From Thermoplasmatota archaeon (GTDB taxonomy: Archaea; Thermoplasmatota; E2; JACPAO01; JAHFTW01), in the NCBI GenBank assembly GCA_041601615.1, contig JBFIHX010000001.1, forward strand, positions 192,001 through 256,000: a stretch of DNA of 64,000 bases. The letters are read 5' to 3'. The translations under genes and the position numbers were made by a program. Under the pieces are notes generated by a model, which did not search any database, was not told the origin of the DNA, and worked only from the letters and a program-made list of their open reading frames with translations. Positions 1-9,699 of this stretch are shown here, piece by piece; positions within the stretch are counted from its first letter, which is position 1, and each line of letters starts with the position of its first letter.

Positions 1-28
1 CGACAACAAGGATGGTGCCCCAGTCCAC
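1..28 (-). CDS. possible 5' start of a receiver-domain protein running off the window edge
   Basis: GTG at 28 reads MDWGTILVV(D/E), resembling a REC beta1 motif; divergent from the kinase-like gene. Only 9 codons are visible. Confidence 0.25.
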
Positions 29-138
29 GGTGCTGCCAGCGTTGCCTTGCTCATAGGGATTGGCAAGGTCCTGCCGGCCCTTGGGTACCGGGGGCCTCTG
101 TGCCGGGGGGTGGATTGCCAGTATGCGCATGGCCATCA

Positions 139-1890
139 ATGGTGACGACCCAGCATGTCGTGGTCGTTCCGGTGGCACCTTGGTATTCGTCGTGGATCAC
201 GCCCCGCCAGGACATCATCGATCCGAACGAGCGCCGTGAGGCCCGAGCGTTTCTTCTGATGATGCTCGCGCTCCTGGCAAGCGGTGTCCTCTTCGTGGGG
301 CTCGACTTGACGTTGTTCATTCTTGGCAGCGCCTCGGATGACCCGTTGCGCCTCGTGCTGGGGTTGTTCGCCCTGGCGGCACTGGCGTTGGCCTACGCCC
401 TTTCGCTGCGGGGCCGACTGTACCCGGGCGCGGTCTTGCTGGTGACCATCATCCTGGCGGGGTCCTGGGTGCTGGTCTGGGCACGCCCGGAGCAAATACA
501 TGATTGGGCCGGCCACACATTGCTTCTCAACGCCATCATGGCCGTGGTGTTTTTTCGACCCCGGCACCTGGTGATGGTGCACGCACTCAACCTGTCGTTC
601 TTGGTCGTCCTGGCAGCGCTCCATGCACAACACGCGGCAGCTTGGGCGGTGTCCATGGGGGTCTACGTCGTGGGTGCGGCGGCGTTGTCCGTCCGGCGCG
701 TGCTTACGGACTGGAGTCTGCGCGACCTGGACACGTTCACGGCAGAGTGGAATGCGGTGCTATCCTCCACGGAAGCGGCGATCGTGAGCCTCGACCGCGA
801 CTACCGCGTGCGGTCGCACAACGGGGCTGCGCAACGGCTTGCCGCACTTGCGGGGTTTCCGCTGCTGGAGGTGGGGCAGCGCGTCCTCGATTTCGTCCCG
901 GCCTCCGTGCAGCAACGGCTTGCCGCGATCGTCGAACCGGCCTTCGCGGGCACCATCGTGCAGGACCGGTGCGAATTTTCAACCGGCGGGCACAAGATCC
1001 AGTTGGAGACGGAGGTCCACCCGATGCGGTCGCGCGACGGCCGCATTGTGGGTGCTGCGGCGCTCCTTCATGACGTGACGGCGCGGGAGGCCAACCGTGC
1101 ACGCGTGGAGCGGCGCGTGGCGGCGACCCAGCTTGCGGTCCTGAACGCCGCAAGCCACGAACTCAACACCCCCCTGACACCCCTCGTCATCCAGATGAGC
1201 CTGCTGCGCAAGGAGCGCCTGGGGCCCCTGACCCCGCTGCAACGGCATTCCCTGGATACCATGAACCGGAGCGTGCGTCAACTGCAACGCAACGTGGACG
1301 CGTTCTTGCAGGCGACCCGGATGGAGCAGGACCTTACCTGGGTGGACCGGGATCGCGTGGACCTGGCCGGTCTCGTGCGCCACTGGTCGGCAACCCGTGA
1401 TTCTGGCCGGCGCGTGCGCCTGCGCCTGGGAGAAGAGTCCGCGGAGGTGTCCGGTGACCGCCGGTTGCTCCAGGCGGCGCTGCAGCATGCGGTCTCGGTG
1501 GTGCTGCGCTGGAACCAGTCCGGTCGGCCGGCGATCGACCTGGACGTGGAAGGGGCGGATGTCGTCCTGCAGGTCGCGGACTCCTCTAGTTCTGTGCGCG
1601 AACCGGACCTAGAGAGCATCCGCCGGTTGCTTCGTGATCCGTCCGGGATGGGCGGGGACGTTTCCTTGCTGCCGTTGCACGTGTGCCGTCGCATCGTGCA
1701 GGCGCACGGGGGTGCCGTGGATGCCGGGCTCGATGCGTCAGCCGGGTTCTACGTACAGGTCCAGCTTCCGCTTGCCCCGGCGATGCACGACGACGAGGAG
1801 TCGCCTGCGTCGCTGCCTGAGACCAGTTCGGTCCTGCACGCAAACGGTGCACGGGAGCGACGGGAGCCGTTCGTCACTTCTGGAACTTGA
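139..1890 (+). CDS. membrane PAS-domain histidine kinase-like protein with degenerate ATPase domain
   Basis: About 6 TM helices; PAS/PAC (HPMRSRDGRIVGAAALLHDVT); H-box AASHELNTPL; HATPase remnant CRRIVQAHGG. ATG 139 chosen; the ORF track starts at 100. Confidence 0.8.
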   Translation: MVTTQHVVVVPVAPWYSSWITPRQDIIDPNERREARAFLLMMLALLASGVLFVGLDLTLFILGSASDDPLRLVLGLFALAALALAYALSLRGRLYPGAVLLVTIILAGSWVLVWARPEQIHDWAGHTLLLNAIMAVVFFRPRHLVMVHALNLSFLVVLAALHAQHAAAWAVSMGVYVVGAAALSVRRVLTDWSLRDLDTFTAEWNAVLSSTEAAIVSLDRDYRVRSHNGAAQRLAALAGFPLLEVGQRVLDFVPASVQQRLAAIVEPAFAGTIVQDRCEFSTGGHKIQLETEVHPMRSRDGRIVGAAALLHDVTAREANRARVERRVAATQLAVLNAASHELNTPLTPLVIQMSLLRKERLGPLTPLQRHSLDTMNRSVRQLQRNVDAFLQATRMEQDLTWVDRDRVDLAGLVRHWSATRDSGRRVRLRLGEESAEVSGDRRLLQAALQHAVSVVLRWNQSGRPAIDLDVEGADVVLQVADSSSSVREPDLESIRRLLRDPSGMGGDVSLLPLHVCRRIVQAHGGAVDAGLDASAGFYVQVQLPLAPAMHDDEESPASLPETSSVLHANGARERREPFVTSGT

Positions 1891-3226
1891 GCTGCCGCAT
1901 CAACTGGCGCTGCATCTTCCGGTTGCTGGACAAGCCCTTCATCATGTTCCGGGTCGTGTCGTAGTACTTCAAGAGCTCCTTGATGTCCTTCTGCTCCGTA
2001 CCGCTGCCGCGCGCGATGCGCTTGACGCGACTGGACTTCAGAAGTTGCGGGTTCTCGCGCTCTTCATCGGTCATCGAAGACAATATCACCTTGTACTGGC
2101 TCATTTTGTCCTGCGTCGCGCCCATGTCGCGGCCCTGCAGCGAAGCGCCCATGCCACCAGGCAACATCTGGGCTACTTTGCCAAGCGGGCCCATTTTGCC
2201 AATCATGTCCATTTGGGAGCGCATGTCGTTGAGTGTGAACTTGCCCGACATCATCTTGCGGGCCATCTTTTCGGCGTTGACACCGCTGCTTGCTTCCTGG
2301 GCCTTCTCCAGAAGCGCATCCAGGTCGCCCATGCCAAGCAACCGACCAATGAATCGCTTCGGGTCTAGAGGCTCAAGCTCGTCCACGTGCTCGCCGGTTC
2401 CGATGAACACCACGGGGGCGCCCGTCGCGGCGACGGCAGAAAGCGCACCTCCACCCTTGGCCGTACCGTCCATTTTGGTGATGATGGTGCCCGTCAAACC
2501 CACGGCTTCATGGAATGCCGTTGCCTGCACAGCCGCTTGCTGGCCTACTTGAGCATCCATCACGAGGAATTTTTCGTCCGGGTTGGCCGCCTTGAAGATC
2601 GCCTCCATTTCCGTAATAAGGCCCGATTCGAGCTTGTCACGGCCCGCCGTGTCCACGATGATGATGTCGTGCTTGCGGCGCAGCTCTGTCATGCCACGTT
2701 CGACGATGCCGACGGCGCGGTCGCTGCCGTGCGTTTCTCCTCCCACAGCCTTTTCGCCGTAGAAGGTGACGCCCACTTGTTCGGCGAGCGTCTTGAGCTG
2801 GTCGTGCGCAGCAGGCCGGTGCACGTCGCCAGCGATGACTCCCACACGCATTCCCTTCTTCTTGAAGTGCGCCGCGAGCTTGCCGGTGGTGGTTGTTTTT
2901 CCCTGTCCATACAGGCCCACCATCATGATGACCTGCTTCTTGAGGGGAATCTTGCGCGGCTCGCCCAGGAGCTTCACCAATTCGTCGTGGACGATGCGAA
3001 TCACGTGCTCGCGGTTGCTCATCCCGGGAAGCGGCTTCTCTTCCATGGCGCGCTTTTCGATGGTCTTGGACAACTCCAGGACCTGACGCACATTCATGTC
3101 CGCCTGCAAGAGCGCACGCTGGATATCGCGGGTGACCTCCTTGATGAGCGCACCGTCGATGTGCCCCGCGTTGGCAATCTTCTTGAGGGTGCTTCGGAGG
3201 CTGTCTCCGAGACCTTCCAGAACCAT
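1874..3226 (-). CDS. srp54: signal recognition particle protein SRP54
   Basis: MVLEGLG start; GLYGQGKTTT, DTAGR, TKMDGTAKGGGALS; Met-rich M domain with RIARGSG. Confidence 0.97.
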   Translation of the reverse strand: MVLEGLGDSLRSTLKKIANAGHIDGALIKEVTRDIQRALLQADMNVRQVLELSKTIEKRAMEEKPLPGMSNREHVIRIVHDELVKLLGEPRKIPLKKQVIMMVGLYGQGKTTTTGKLAAHFKKKGMRVGVIAGDVHRPAAHDQLKTLAEQVGVTFYGEKAVGGETHGSDRAVGIVERGMTELRRKHDIIIVDTAGRDKLESGLITEMEAIFKAANPDEKFLVMDAQVGQQAAVQATAFHEAVGLTGTIITKMDGTAKGGGALSAVAATGAPVVFIGTGEHVDELEPLDPKRFIGRLLGMGDLDALLEKAQEASSGVNAEKMARKMMSGKFTLNDMRSQMDMIGKMGPLGKVAQMLPGGMGASLQGRDMGATQDKMSQYKVILSSMTDEERENPQLLKSSRVKRIARGSGTEQKDIKELLKYYDTTRNMMKGLSSNRKMQRQLMRQLKFQK

Positions 3227-3330
3227 GGGCGCGCCAGAACGCCAGACCTCATAAGCGCGGCGCAAGGAACACAGCCCCGACACCGCCGAGCGCCCGGCCC
3301 AGGCCCGTGTCGATTCGGCTCGGAACCTTG

Positions 3331-3687
3331 ATGCCCCACCGCTATGTCGGCAGGCTCGTGGAGCCCGAACCGGAGCCCTCCGTCGACGCGCACATCCTCG
3401 GCAGCGAAGGCGATTTACCCTCGCACCCGGAACACGACAAAGTGCCGTTCATCGCGCTCGGATTCGTCGTCGCCGGCTACCTGCCGCTTGGTTGGTACGC
3501 GGCGATTCTTGGCTTCGGAAAATTCGGCCCGCTCGAAGTCCCCGCCATCGTCGCCATGGTCGGCGTGTTGTTCGCGGTCATCGGCATCCTTCGCGCCGTG
3601 GACTGGAAGGACCCGCAGGCGCTGCGCTGGAGTTCCATCGCAGGCGTTCTCGGGTTTGTGCGGTTGTTCGTGGTGCCGTGGTTTTAG
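3331..3687 (+). CDS. small membrane protein (3 TM)
   Basis: Three hydrophobic segments; ATG at 3331. Confidence 0.65.
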   Translation: MPHRYVGRLVEPEPEPSVDAHILGSEGDLPSHPEHDKVPFIALGFVVAGYLPLGWYAAILGFGKFGPLEVPAIVAMVGVLFAVIGILRAVDWKDPQALRWSSIAGVLGFVRLFVVPWF

Positions 3688-3792
3688 GCACCATCGCCAC
3701 GATTCGTGCCCGCCCTCCGTGTGCCACAGATCGCCACCACGCACCACGTCCACACCCACGCGTTGATATACAGGGTCCGCTGGCTCAAGCCT

Positions 3793-4830
3793 ATGCTGGA
3801 ACGCGTACCCACGATTCTCACCGGCCAGGAGATCTTGGACAAGGCCTTCCAGCGAGCCAACAAGATCGACATTCCCGATCCTGTTCGGTACCACCGCATT
3901 CGTAAGACGGAAGCGGCGCGCATGCAGTCCGTGGTGGACACGGTCTGTGAGACCCTAGCTCGCTTCCCGGCGGCGTTTCCGAACATGGACGGCTTGCGCC
4001 CCTACGACCAAGAAGTGCTGGACATCGTGGCGGGCCTGCCCCGACTTCGCAAGGCGCTTGGCAGTGTTGCGTGGGCCAGCCAGAAGGTTCGCGACATTGG
4101 CCAACAAGCCAACCAGCAAATGGCTCGCGAGCGCAATGTCGAAGGCATCAAGCAGGCGCAGAAGAAGTGCTATGGCCGCATGAGCAGCGTCGTCTACGAA
4201 GTGGACAAGGCGCTGGCGGTGCTCGCGGAGACCCGCGAGGCATGCAAGAAGCTCCCCTCGGTTCGCCCCGACTACGCCACCGTAGTCATCGCGGGCTATC
4301 CGAACGTGGGCAAGACCAGTTTGCTGCGCGCTTGGACCGGAAGCCGCGCCGAGGTCAACGAATATTCCTTCACCACGAAGCACGCGGAGGTCGGCCATTT
4401 TGATGCCATCGACCGCCACGGCGTCCAAACACGCTACCAACTCGTGGACACCCCGGGCTTGTTGGACCGGCCAGAGGAAGACCGCAACGCCATCGAAAAG
4501 CAAGCTGTCGCGGCGCTGCGTTTTGCTGCCGATGCGGTTCTGTTCCTGATTGACCCCACGGAGACCGCCGGCTACAGCGTCAAACAACAAGAAGCGCTCT
4601 TGGAGCAGACCCGCAGCGAGATGGTTGGTATTCCGATGCTCATTGTGGAGTCCAAGTGGGACCTAGCGCAGTACCTCGATTTGCAAAAGGACCCGGAGCG
4701 CATGTCCATCAGCACTCTGACCGGGCATGGCCTTGAGGAGCTGAAGGCGGCGATGCTGGATATGCTCCCCGATGAGGGCGACTTGGAGTTGGAAGTGGAC
4801 CCCCTGGACGCCTGGCGCCCGAACCGCTAG
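3793..4830 (+). CDS. NOG1-family GTP-binding protein
   Basis: G1 GYPNVGKTS, G2 FTT, G3 DTPGLLDRP, G4 SKWD; NOG1 N-terminal helical region; TATA-like TTGATATA upstream. Confidence 0.93.
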   Translation: MLERVPTILTGQEILDKAFQRANKIDIPDPVRYHRIRKTEAARMQSVVDTVCETLARFPAAFPNMDGLRPYDQEVLDIVAGLPRLRKALGSVAWASQKVRDIGQQANQQMARERNVEGIKQAQKKCYGRMSSVVYEVDKALAVLAETREACKKLPSVRPDYATVVIAGYPNVGKTSLLRAWTGSRAEVNEYSFTTKHAEVGHFDAIDRHGVQTRYQLVDTPGLLDRPEEDRNAIEKQAVAALRFAADAVLFLIDPTETAGYSVKQQEALLEQTRSEMVGIPMLIVESKWDLAQYLDLQKDPERMSISTLTGHGLEELKAAMLDMLPDEGDLELEVDPLDAWRPNR

Positions 4831-4874
4831 CCTCTACCCCCAGCCTTATCAATGCCTGGAGCCAAAAGGCGACC

Positions 4875-5054
4875 ATGGACGGGGAGCGGAAGATGGACGC
4901 CTACTGTGAGGACTGTGGCGAGCCCACCCGACACTTCCAGGTGGATCCCGGATCGTGTCGGTGCAGCGTGTGCGGACGCGTGCAGCAGTTGATGGTACCC
5001 ACCGAGGCAGGCATGCTTACTCTGGGCCACGCGATTCCTGAATTGGCCGCATAG
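4875..5054 (+). CDS. 59-aa zinc-finger microprotein (not in ORF track)
   Basis: Hand translation MDGERKMDAYCEDCGEPTRHFQVDPGSCRCSVCGRVQQLMVPTEAGMLTLGHAIPELAA*; two CxxCG motifs; fills the intergenic gap. Confidence 0.75.
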   Translation: MDGERKMDAYCEDCGEPTRHFQVDPGSCRCSVCGRVQQLMVPTEAGMLTLGHAIPELAA

Positions 5055-5055
5055 G

Positions 5056-5736
5056 CTACCTAGAAGGACCCGCCGTGTCCGGTTGGCAAGCCGTGATGTG
5101 TTGTACGGAGCCGTGTAGGCTCTGCGCTGCGGCACTTTCACCAGCAACGCTTGGGCCGTGGCCACAATGCAGGGCTCGCACGGGTAGGCGTTCGAGTCGT
5201 AGAATGCTCTCGTACAGGACGCGTACGTCACCGTCGGGAAAGTCGAAGCGCCCGATGCCGCCGCCGGCAAACACCGTATCACCCGAAAACAACGTGCCTG
5301 TGCCCTCGTGCCAGTAGCAGAGGCTTCCGGGACTGTGGCCGGGAGTCCCGAGGACGGCGACGTTTGCGCCCCCCAGCACCACATGGTCTCCGTCGCCCAC
5401 GACTTCATCCACGGCCAATACAGGCAGATTCGTGCCGAACATTTTGCTCGTTACATCGTATCCGGCTGCGAGCTTGTCGGCGGTGGGTCCAGAAGTGACG
5501 ATGCGGGCGCCTAGGTTTTGCCAGTGCGGCAAGCCGCCCGTGTGGTCGAAGTGCTCGTGGGTGACGGCTACGCGTTGGATGCGGTGCGGATCAACCACGG
5601 CTGCGACTTCCGCGAGGATGCGGTTTTGGTCCAAGCCCACGCCACCATCGATGAGGTCATACTGGTTGGAGGCGGGGTCTTTGAGTAAGAACAGATTGCA
5701 ATCGTATCCTCGCCCTCCGATTGGGATGATCTTCAC
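5056..5736 (-). CDS. MBL-fold metallo-hydrolase (glyoxalase II-like)
   Basis: THEHFDH, TPGHSPGS, FSGDT, GHG motifs. Confidence 0.92.
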   Translation of the reverse strand: MKIIPIGGRGYDCNLFLLKDPASNQYDLIDGGVGLDQNRILAEVAAVVDPHRIQRVAVTHEHFDHTGGLPHWQNLGARIVTSGPTADKLAAGYDVTSKMFGTNLPVLAVDEVVGDGDHVVLGGANVAVLGTPGHSPGSLCYWHEGTGTLFSGDTVFAGGGIGRFDFPDGDVRVLYESILRLERLPVRALHCGHGPSVAGESAAAQSLHGSVQHITACQPDTAGPSR

Positions 5737-6854
5737 AGTTGATCCTCCGTTTCCGGCCCGCCCGCAGCCATGATGGCGCTTGTGGTTTCTGCGATGGCAC
5801 CCACTTCGTCGAGCATATTGGAAAGGGCTGTGCCGATGCGACTGGCGCCATGGGCGGCGATGCCTTCGGCGGGGTCGGTGTCGCTTCCCCAGTGTTCGAC
5901 CACGGCGCCAAAGATGCGGTCCTGGAGTTCTTTTTGGGTCTGGGTGGCTCGGTCGTGGACTTGCAGGAGCGCCGAAGCGTCGCGTTTTGCCATGGCAGCC
6001 AAGAGGTCATGTACGAGTCCGTCAAGAGCGCCAAAAGCCAGTACAGCTGCCCGTCGCAAGGCTCTGGCCACTCCTGTTGGTACGGCGGGCCGTTCGATTT
6101 TTTCAAGCAAGTGGTTGCGCGGGTAGTCGAGGTCGCTGCGTTCAAGTCCATAAGCATCAAGCAGGACGTCGGCGACTACGAGAATTTGGCCGCTGACTTG
6201 GTGCAGGTCGCTGGCGGCCATGCCGAGCAGTTGGTATTCGGATACGGATTCGAGGGGAAGCTCTAGGGTCGCCACGAGGCGGAGGGCTTGGTGGAAGATG
6301 CGGCTGACGTCCTCTTCGTGCGTGTCTCGAAGGAGTCGGAGTCCGTGGAGGGTGCGGTCGGGGTCCACTGCATACGCTTCGACGCAATCGCGAGCGAGCC
6401 CGAGCATTTCGCGGATCTTGGCGCCCATCATCCACAACAAGTCGATGCCGCCGGTGCTGGGAGCGGGTAGGTCCGGGCGCAACCGGTAGCCGATGCGTTC
6501 TGGAGTCACGGTGGCGGCGAGTCGTTCATCAAGGTGGCGCAGGAAGTCGCGGGCGGCACTCATGCAGTCGTTGTCGAAGGCCCCAGAGGCGGGCGTGAGG
6601 TCGGCTTCGTCGTTGCCGCGCACATAGGCAGACAGCAGGTGTAAGCACACGGTGCGCTTTTCGACGGCGACCGTTGCTTGATTGGCCCGCCGCTGGATGG
6701 CTGGACTGACCAGGATGCTTTTGCCAATGTAGCGCAGCAGCACTTCCCGGCTCTCCTGTTGCGCTTCGTCCCAACCGTCGATCCATTTCTTGGGCAAATA
6801 GATGCTGAATGCACCGCTGCCGACGCGGGTGACACGCTTGCGCAGGATTTCCAC
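5733..6854 (-). CDS. AbrB-domain/PhoU-like phosphate uptake regulator family protein
   Basis: N-terminal RKRVTRVGSGAFSIYLPKKW (archaeal AbrB-PhoU signature) followed by helical repeats; GTG start at 6854 inferred. Confidence 0.7.
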   Translation of the reverse strand: MEILRKRVTRVGSGAFSIYLPKKWIDGWDEAQQESREVLLRYIGKSILVSPAIQRRANQATVAVEKRTVCLHLLSAYVRGNDEADLTPASGAFDNDCMSAARDFLRHLDERLAATVTPERIGYRLRPDLPAPSTGGIDLLWMMGAKIREMLGLARDCVEAYAVDPDRTLHGLRLLRDTHEEDVSRIFHQALRLVATLELPLESVSEYQLLGMAASDLHQVSGQILVVADVLLDAYGLERSDLDYPRNHLLEKIERPAVPTGVARALRRAAVLAFGALDGLVHDLLAAMAKRDASALLQVHDRATQTQKELQDRIFGAVVEHWGSDTDPAEGIAAHGASRIGTALSNMLDEVGAIAETTSAIMAAGGPETEDQL

Positions 6855-6956
6855 GCCGATGCAAAACTGGAATGTTACGTAAATTCTTGCCCAATTACTT
6901 GGCCCGCCGACGCCAGGCCACCCATGGTCTGAAATCCCGGCGTCCATGGCGGCCTC

Positions 6957-7592
6957 ATGATCGTCGATCCGGCCGTCGAATCCTGGCTGCATGCCCAAGC
7001 CCCCTCCGCCCCCGAAGTGGTCGTGGAAATGGAGCGCGTCGGTCTCGGTCGCGGATTTCCCATCATTGGCCCCCTCGTGGGACGGTTTTGCGAAGTGCTG
7101 GCCCGAAGCGTGGGCGCCCGGCGCGTCTTCGAAATGGGCAGCGGCTTTGGCTATTCGACGGCGTGGTTTGCGCAAGCCGTCGGACCCGAGGGCATGGTGG
7201 TTCACACCGACGGCAGCCGGGATTTATCGCGCGAAGCCCAGGGTTGGCTGAGAAAACTCGGGTGGCAAGACCGCGTCGATTTCCGGGTCGGCGACGCGCT
7301 CGACTTGCTGGAATCCGAGCCAGATGCCGATTCGTTCGACGTGGTATTCATTGACGTGGACAAGGACGCCTACCCCCGCGCATGGAACATCGCCAGCGAG
7401 CGCGTGCGCGTCGGCGGCCTCATCATCACCGACAATACACTCTGGCAGGGCAAAGTGGCGGACCCAATGCAAACCGACGAGTGGACGGAGGCAGTTCGAG
7501 AGTACCTGCGACGGGCGCAAGGGGACGCACGGTTTGTTACGAGCGTGCTGCCGCTGCGGGATGGGGTGGCGGTGAGTCTGAGGACTCACTAG
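6957..7592 (+). CDS. SAM-dependent O-methyltransferase
   Basis: FEMGSGFGYS, FDVVFIDVDK, GGLIITDNTLW. Confidence 0.92.
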   Translation: MIVDPAVESWLHAQAPSAPEVVVEMERVGLGRGFPIIGPLVGRFCEVLARSVGARRVFEMGSGFGYSTAWFAQAVGPEGMVVHTDGSRDLSREAQGWLRKLGWQDRVDFRVGDALDLLESEPDADSFDVVFIDVDKDAYPRAWNIASERVRVGGLIITDNTLWQGKVADPMQTDEWTEAVREYLRRAQGDARFVTSVLPLRDGVAVSLRTH

Positions 7593-7693
7593 TGCAGCTA
7601 TTCATCACCTCTTCTCTCCTGATAAATTAGGGCCAGCGGGCCGCTTTGCGCCCGAGATAGTCCATTTCAAATATCTTGCACACCTAAGGGTAT

Positions 7694-8053
7694 GTGATGA
7701 CCCAAGCGTGGGCGCTTCCTCCGCAAGACCGAGACTTCAGCCTCGCCGCGAAGCTCCTTGCCAAGGACCCGCCCCTGGACCGGCGCATCGTAGAAGCGCT
7801 CGTGGGGACCCCCAAGCGCTACAGCGAACTCAAACCGCTCTTGGGCGGCCGCAACGACAACGTCCTCACCAAGGCACTGCACCGTTTGCGCAACGAGGGC
7901 ATCATCCAGCAGGGCCTCAGCCACGACCTCAAGGAGACGCGGTACATGCTGACGGAACTTGGCAAACTCGTGATTTTCCGCCTCCACGAGATGATTCCCC
8001 ACCACCAGAGCATCGAGGCCTATCAGCGCGGCATGGCTGCCCTGCATCCATGA
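7694..8053 (+). CDS. HxlR-family winged-helix regulator
   Basis: PKRYSELK...LTKALHRLRNEGII...YMLTELG. Confidence 0.85.
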   Translation: MMTQAWALPPQDRDFSLAAKLLAKDPPLDRRIVEALVGTPKRYSELKPLLGGRNDNVLTKALHRLRNEGIIQQGLSHDLKETRYMLTELGKLVIFRLHEMIPHHQSIEAYQRGMAALHP

Positions 8054-8511
8054 GTGTGGACCGTCCCACCGGCTGGACGGACGTGGTGCGCCAATACTGG
8101 CCGCAAACCCAAGGTTATCTGTTGGCAAGCACGGAACCCTGCCTCTCCATTCGAGAGGAGGAACTGGCGGCGGTTCGCGACAACCGAGTGCTCGTGGGCA
8201 TTGGATTCGATGAACTTGCAGCGTGGACGCCTCCAGAATCCTGGCTCCTTGGCGTGGTCGTTTGCCCCAAGGATGAGCTTGGGCCGCTTGTTTCGTGGCT
8301 CAAGGGCCGAAAGCAAGACGCGCACCGCATCCACTTGTACCTGCATCCGGAGACGCCGTGGTCCGTGTTGATTTCGTGGCAAGAAGCCGGGCTCCCGGTG
8401 GATCGCGTGGACGTGGATGTGGATTCATGGCCGCGCCTTCACAAGCTCTTCGGGCTTGCTCTGAACGACCGCGTTTACGCCGATGCCGATGCGGACGCCG
8501 CTACGGTTTGA
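8050..8511 (+). CDS. hypothetical protein translationally coupled to HxlR gene
   Basis: ATGA overlap at 8050-8053; protein-like composition (MSVDRPTGW...). Confidence 0.65.
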   Translation: MSVDRPTGWTDVVRQYWPQTQGYLLASTEPCLSIREEELAAVRDNRVLVGIGFDELAAWTPPESWLLGVVVCPKDELGPLVSWLKGRKQDAHRIHLYLHPETPWSVLISWQEAGLPVDRVDVDVDSWPRLHKLFGLALNDRVYADADADAATV

Positions 8512-9157
8512 CTTTCCCGTCCGCTCCGAAGCTGCGGTAGCCGCCCCAGAAGCGCTGCACCGTGGTGAATGCGCCCATAATGGCGAAGTAGGTGAGCATC
8601 CAGCCGAGCAGACTCATGCCCCAAGCGTCGCCGCCAATGTGGTCCCAGCCGAAGCGCGGGCCGAGGCCGGCCTGCGCCACCGGAATCACAAGCAACAGGA
8701 CCATACGATCGGCGCGACCCAGGAGACCACCGTAGTTGCGGCCGATACCGACGGCTTGTGCTTGGGTGCCGAGGTAGCTGGTGAGAAGCGTGAAGACGAC
8801 GGCGGCAAAACCGATGCGCAAGTCGGCCCAGGGGCTAAGTGCGATGCCACCGATGAACAATACGTCGCTGAACCGGTCGATGGCGTGGTCTAGGTAGTCG
8901 CCCTTGGGTGTGCAGCGGTCCGTCATTTTGGCCACTTTGCCATCCAGCAAGTCCAGGACGCTGTTGGCAAGCACCATGCCCCAGGCAAGCCACAGCCAGC
9001 CTTCCCGGCCAGGGCCGCTGGTGTAGAAGGCCCAGCCACCTACGAAGGCGGCTATGAGGCTCACCCAAGTGAAGACGTTCGGATCTATGCGGCGCAGTGC
9101 CTTGGCCAGGGGTGTCAGCCACCAGTCGAGACGGTGCCGTTGTTTGTCGAGAACCAT
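8501..9157 (-). CDS. CDP-alcohol phosphatidyltransferase (archaetidylinositol phosphate synthase-like)
   Basis: DLLDGKVAK...GDYLDHAIDRFSD motif; multiple TMs. Confidence 0.92.
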   Translation of the reverse strand: MVLDKQRHRLDWWLTPLAKALRRIDPNVFTWVSLIAAFVGGWAFYTSGPGREGWLWLAWGMVLANSVLDLLDGKVAKMTDRCTPKGDYLDHAIDRFSDVLFIGGIALSPWADLRIGFAAVVFTLLTSYLGTQAQAVGIGRNYGGLLGRADRMVLLLVIPVAQAGLGPRFGWDHIGGDAWGMSLLGWMLTYFAIMGAFTTVQRFWGGYRSFGADGKVKP

Positions 9158-9161
9158 GTCA

Positions 9162-9698
9162 TCACCGCAGGAGCCACGCGCTCCAGTCTATCGGCTCCAA
9201 GTCCGTGGTATTTAGGGGATTTCCTTTCTTGTTCACGAACGACGACAGTAGCTCTTCGGGGCTTCGGCGCGTGCCGTCCCGCTGCACCACGACGAGGTCT
9301 TCTTCAGCTGCTTCTTGGAGTACGAGGTCCATCGCTTCTGCCTCGAGGTTCTCCTGGATTTTGCTTTCTTTGTAGCCACGGGCGCGCAGGCGGCCTTCCA
9401 GTACGAACGGGTCGCAGCGGATGAGCCAGACGGCATCCACCGGCAGCAAGTGGCTTAGATGGCCATCCAGGATTTCGATGCCCCGCGCCGGGTTGGCGTC
9501 GTCGGCTTTCTGCATTTCTTCGTAGAGCCGATCGATATCCAGTACGTCTGCTGCGTCCTCGGCGTCGTGACCCACCACGAGCCCGTGTGCTTGGGCCAAT
9601 TCCAACACTCCCGTGCATGGCCAGCCGAAGCGCTCGCCTGCCATATGGGCCAGTGTGGATTTTCCGACGCCGGGTGTGCCGGTGATGGCGATGCGCAC
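9162..9698 (-). CDS. archaeal adenylate kinase / Fap7 (AK6) family
   Basis: ITGTPGVGKST, ILDGHLSH, RLRARGYKESKIQENLEAE; GTG start at 9698. Confidence 0.9.
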   Translation of the reverse strand: MRIAITGTPGVGKSTLAHMAGERFGWPCTGVLELAQAHGLVVGHDAEDAADVLDIDRLYEEMQKADDANPARGIEILDGHLSHLLPVDAVWLIRCDPFVLEGRLRARGYKESKIQENLEAEAMDLVLQEAAEEDLVVVQRDGTRRSPEELLSSFVNKKGNPLNTTDLEPIDWSAWLLR

Positions 9699-9699
9699 G

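Noticed and set aside
6855-7205. N-terminal extension of the 490-aa PhoU-like ORF
   Set aside because: Overlaps the divergent methyltransferase; the AbrB motif begins right after the GTG at 6854.
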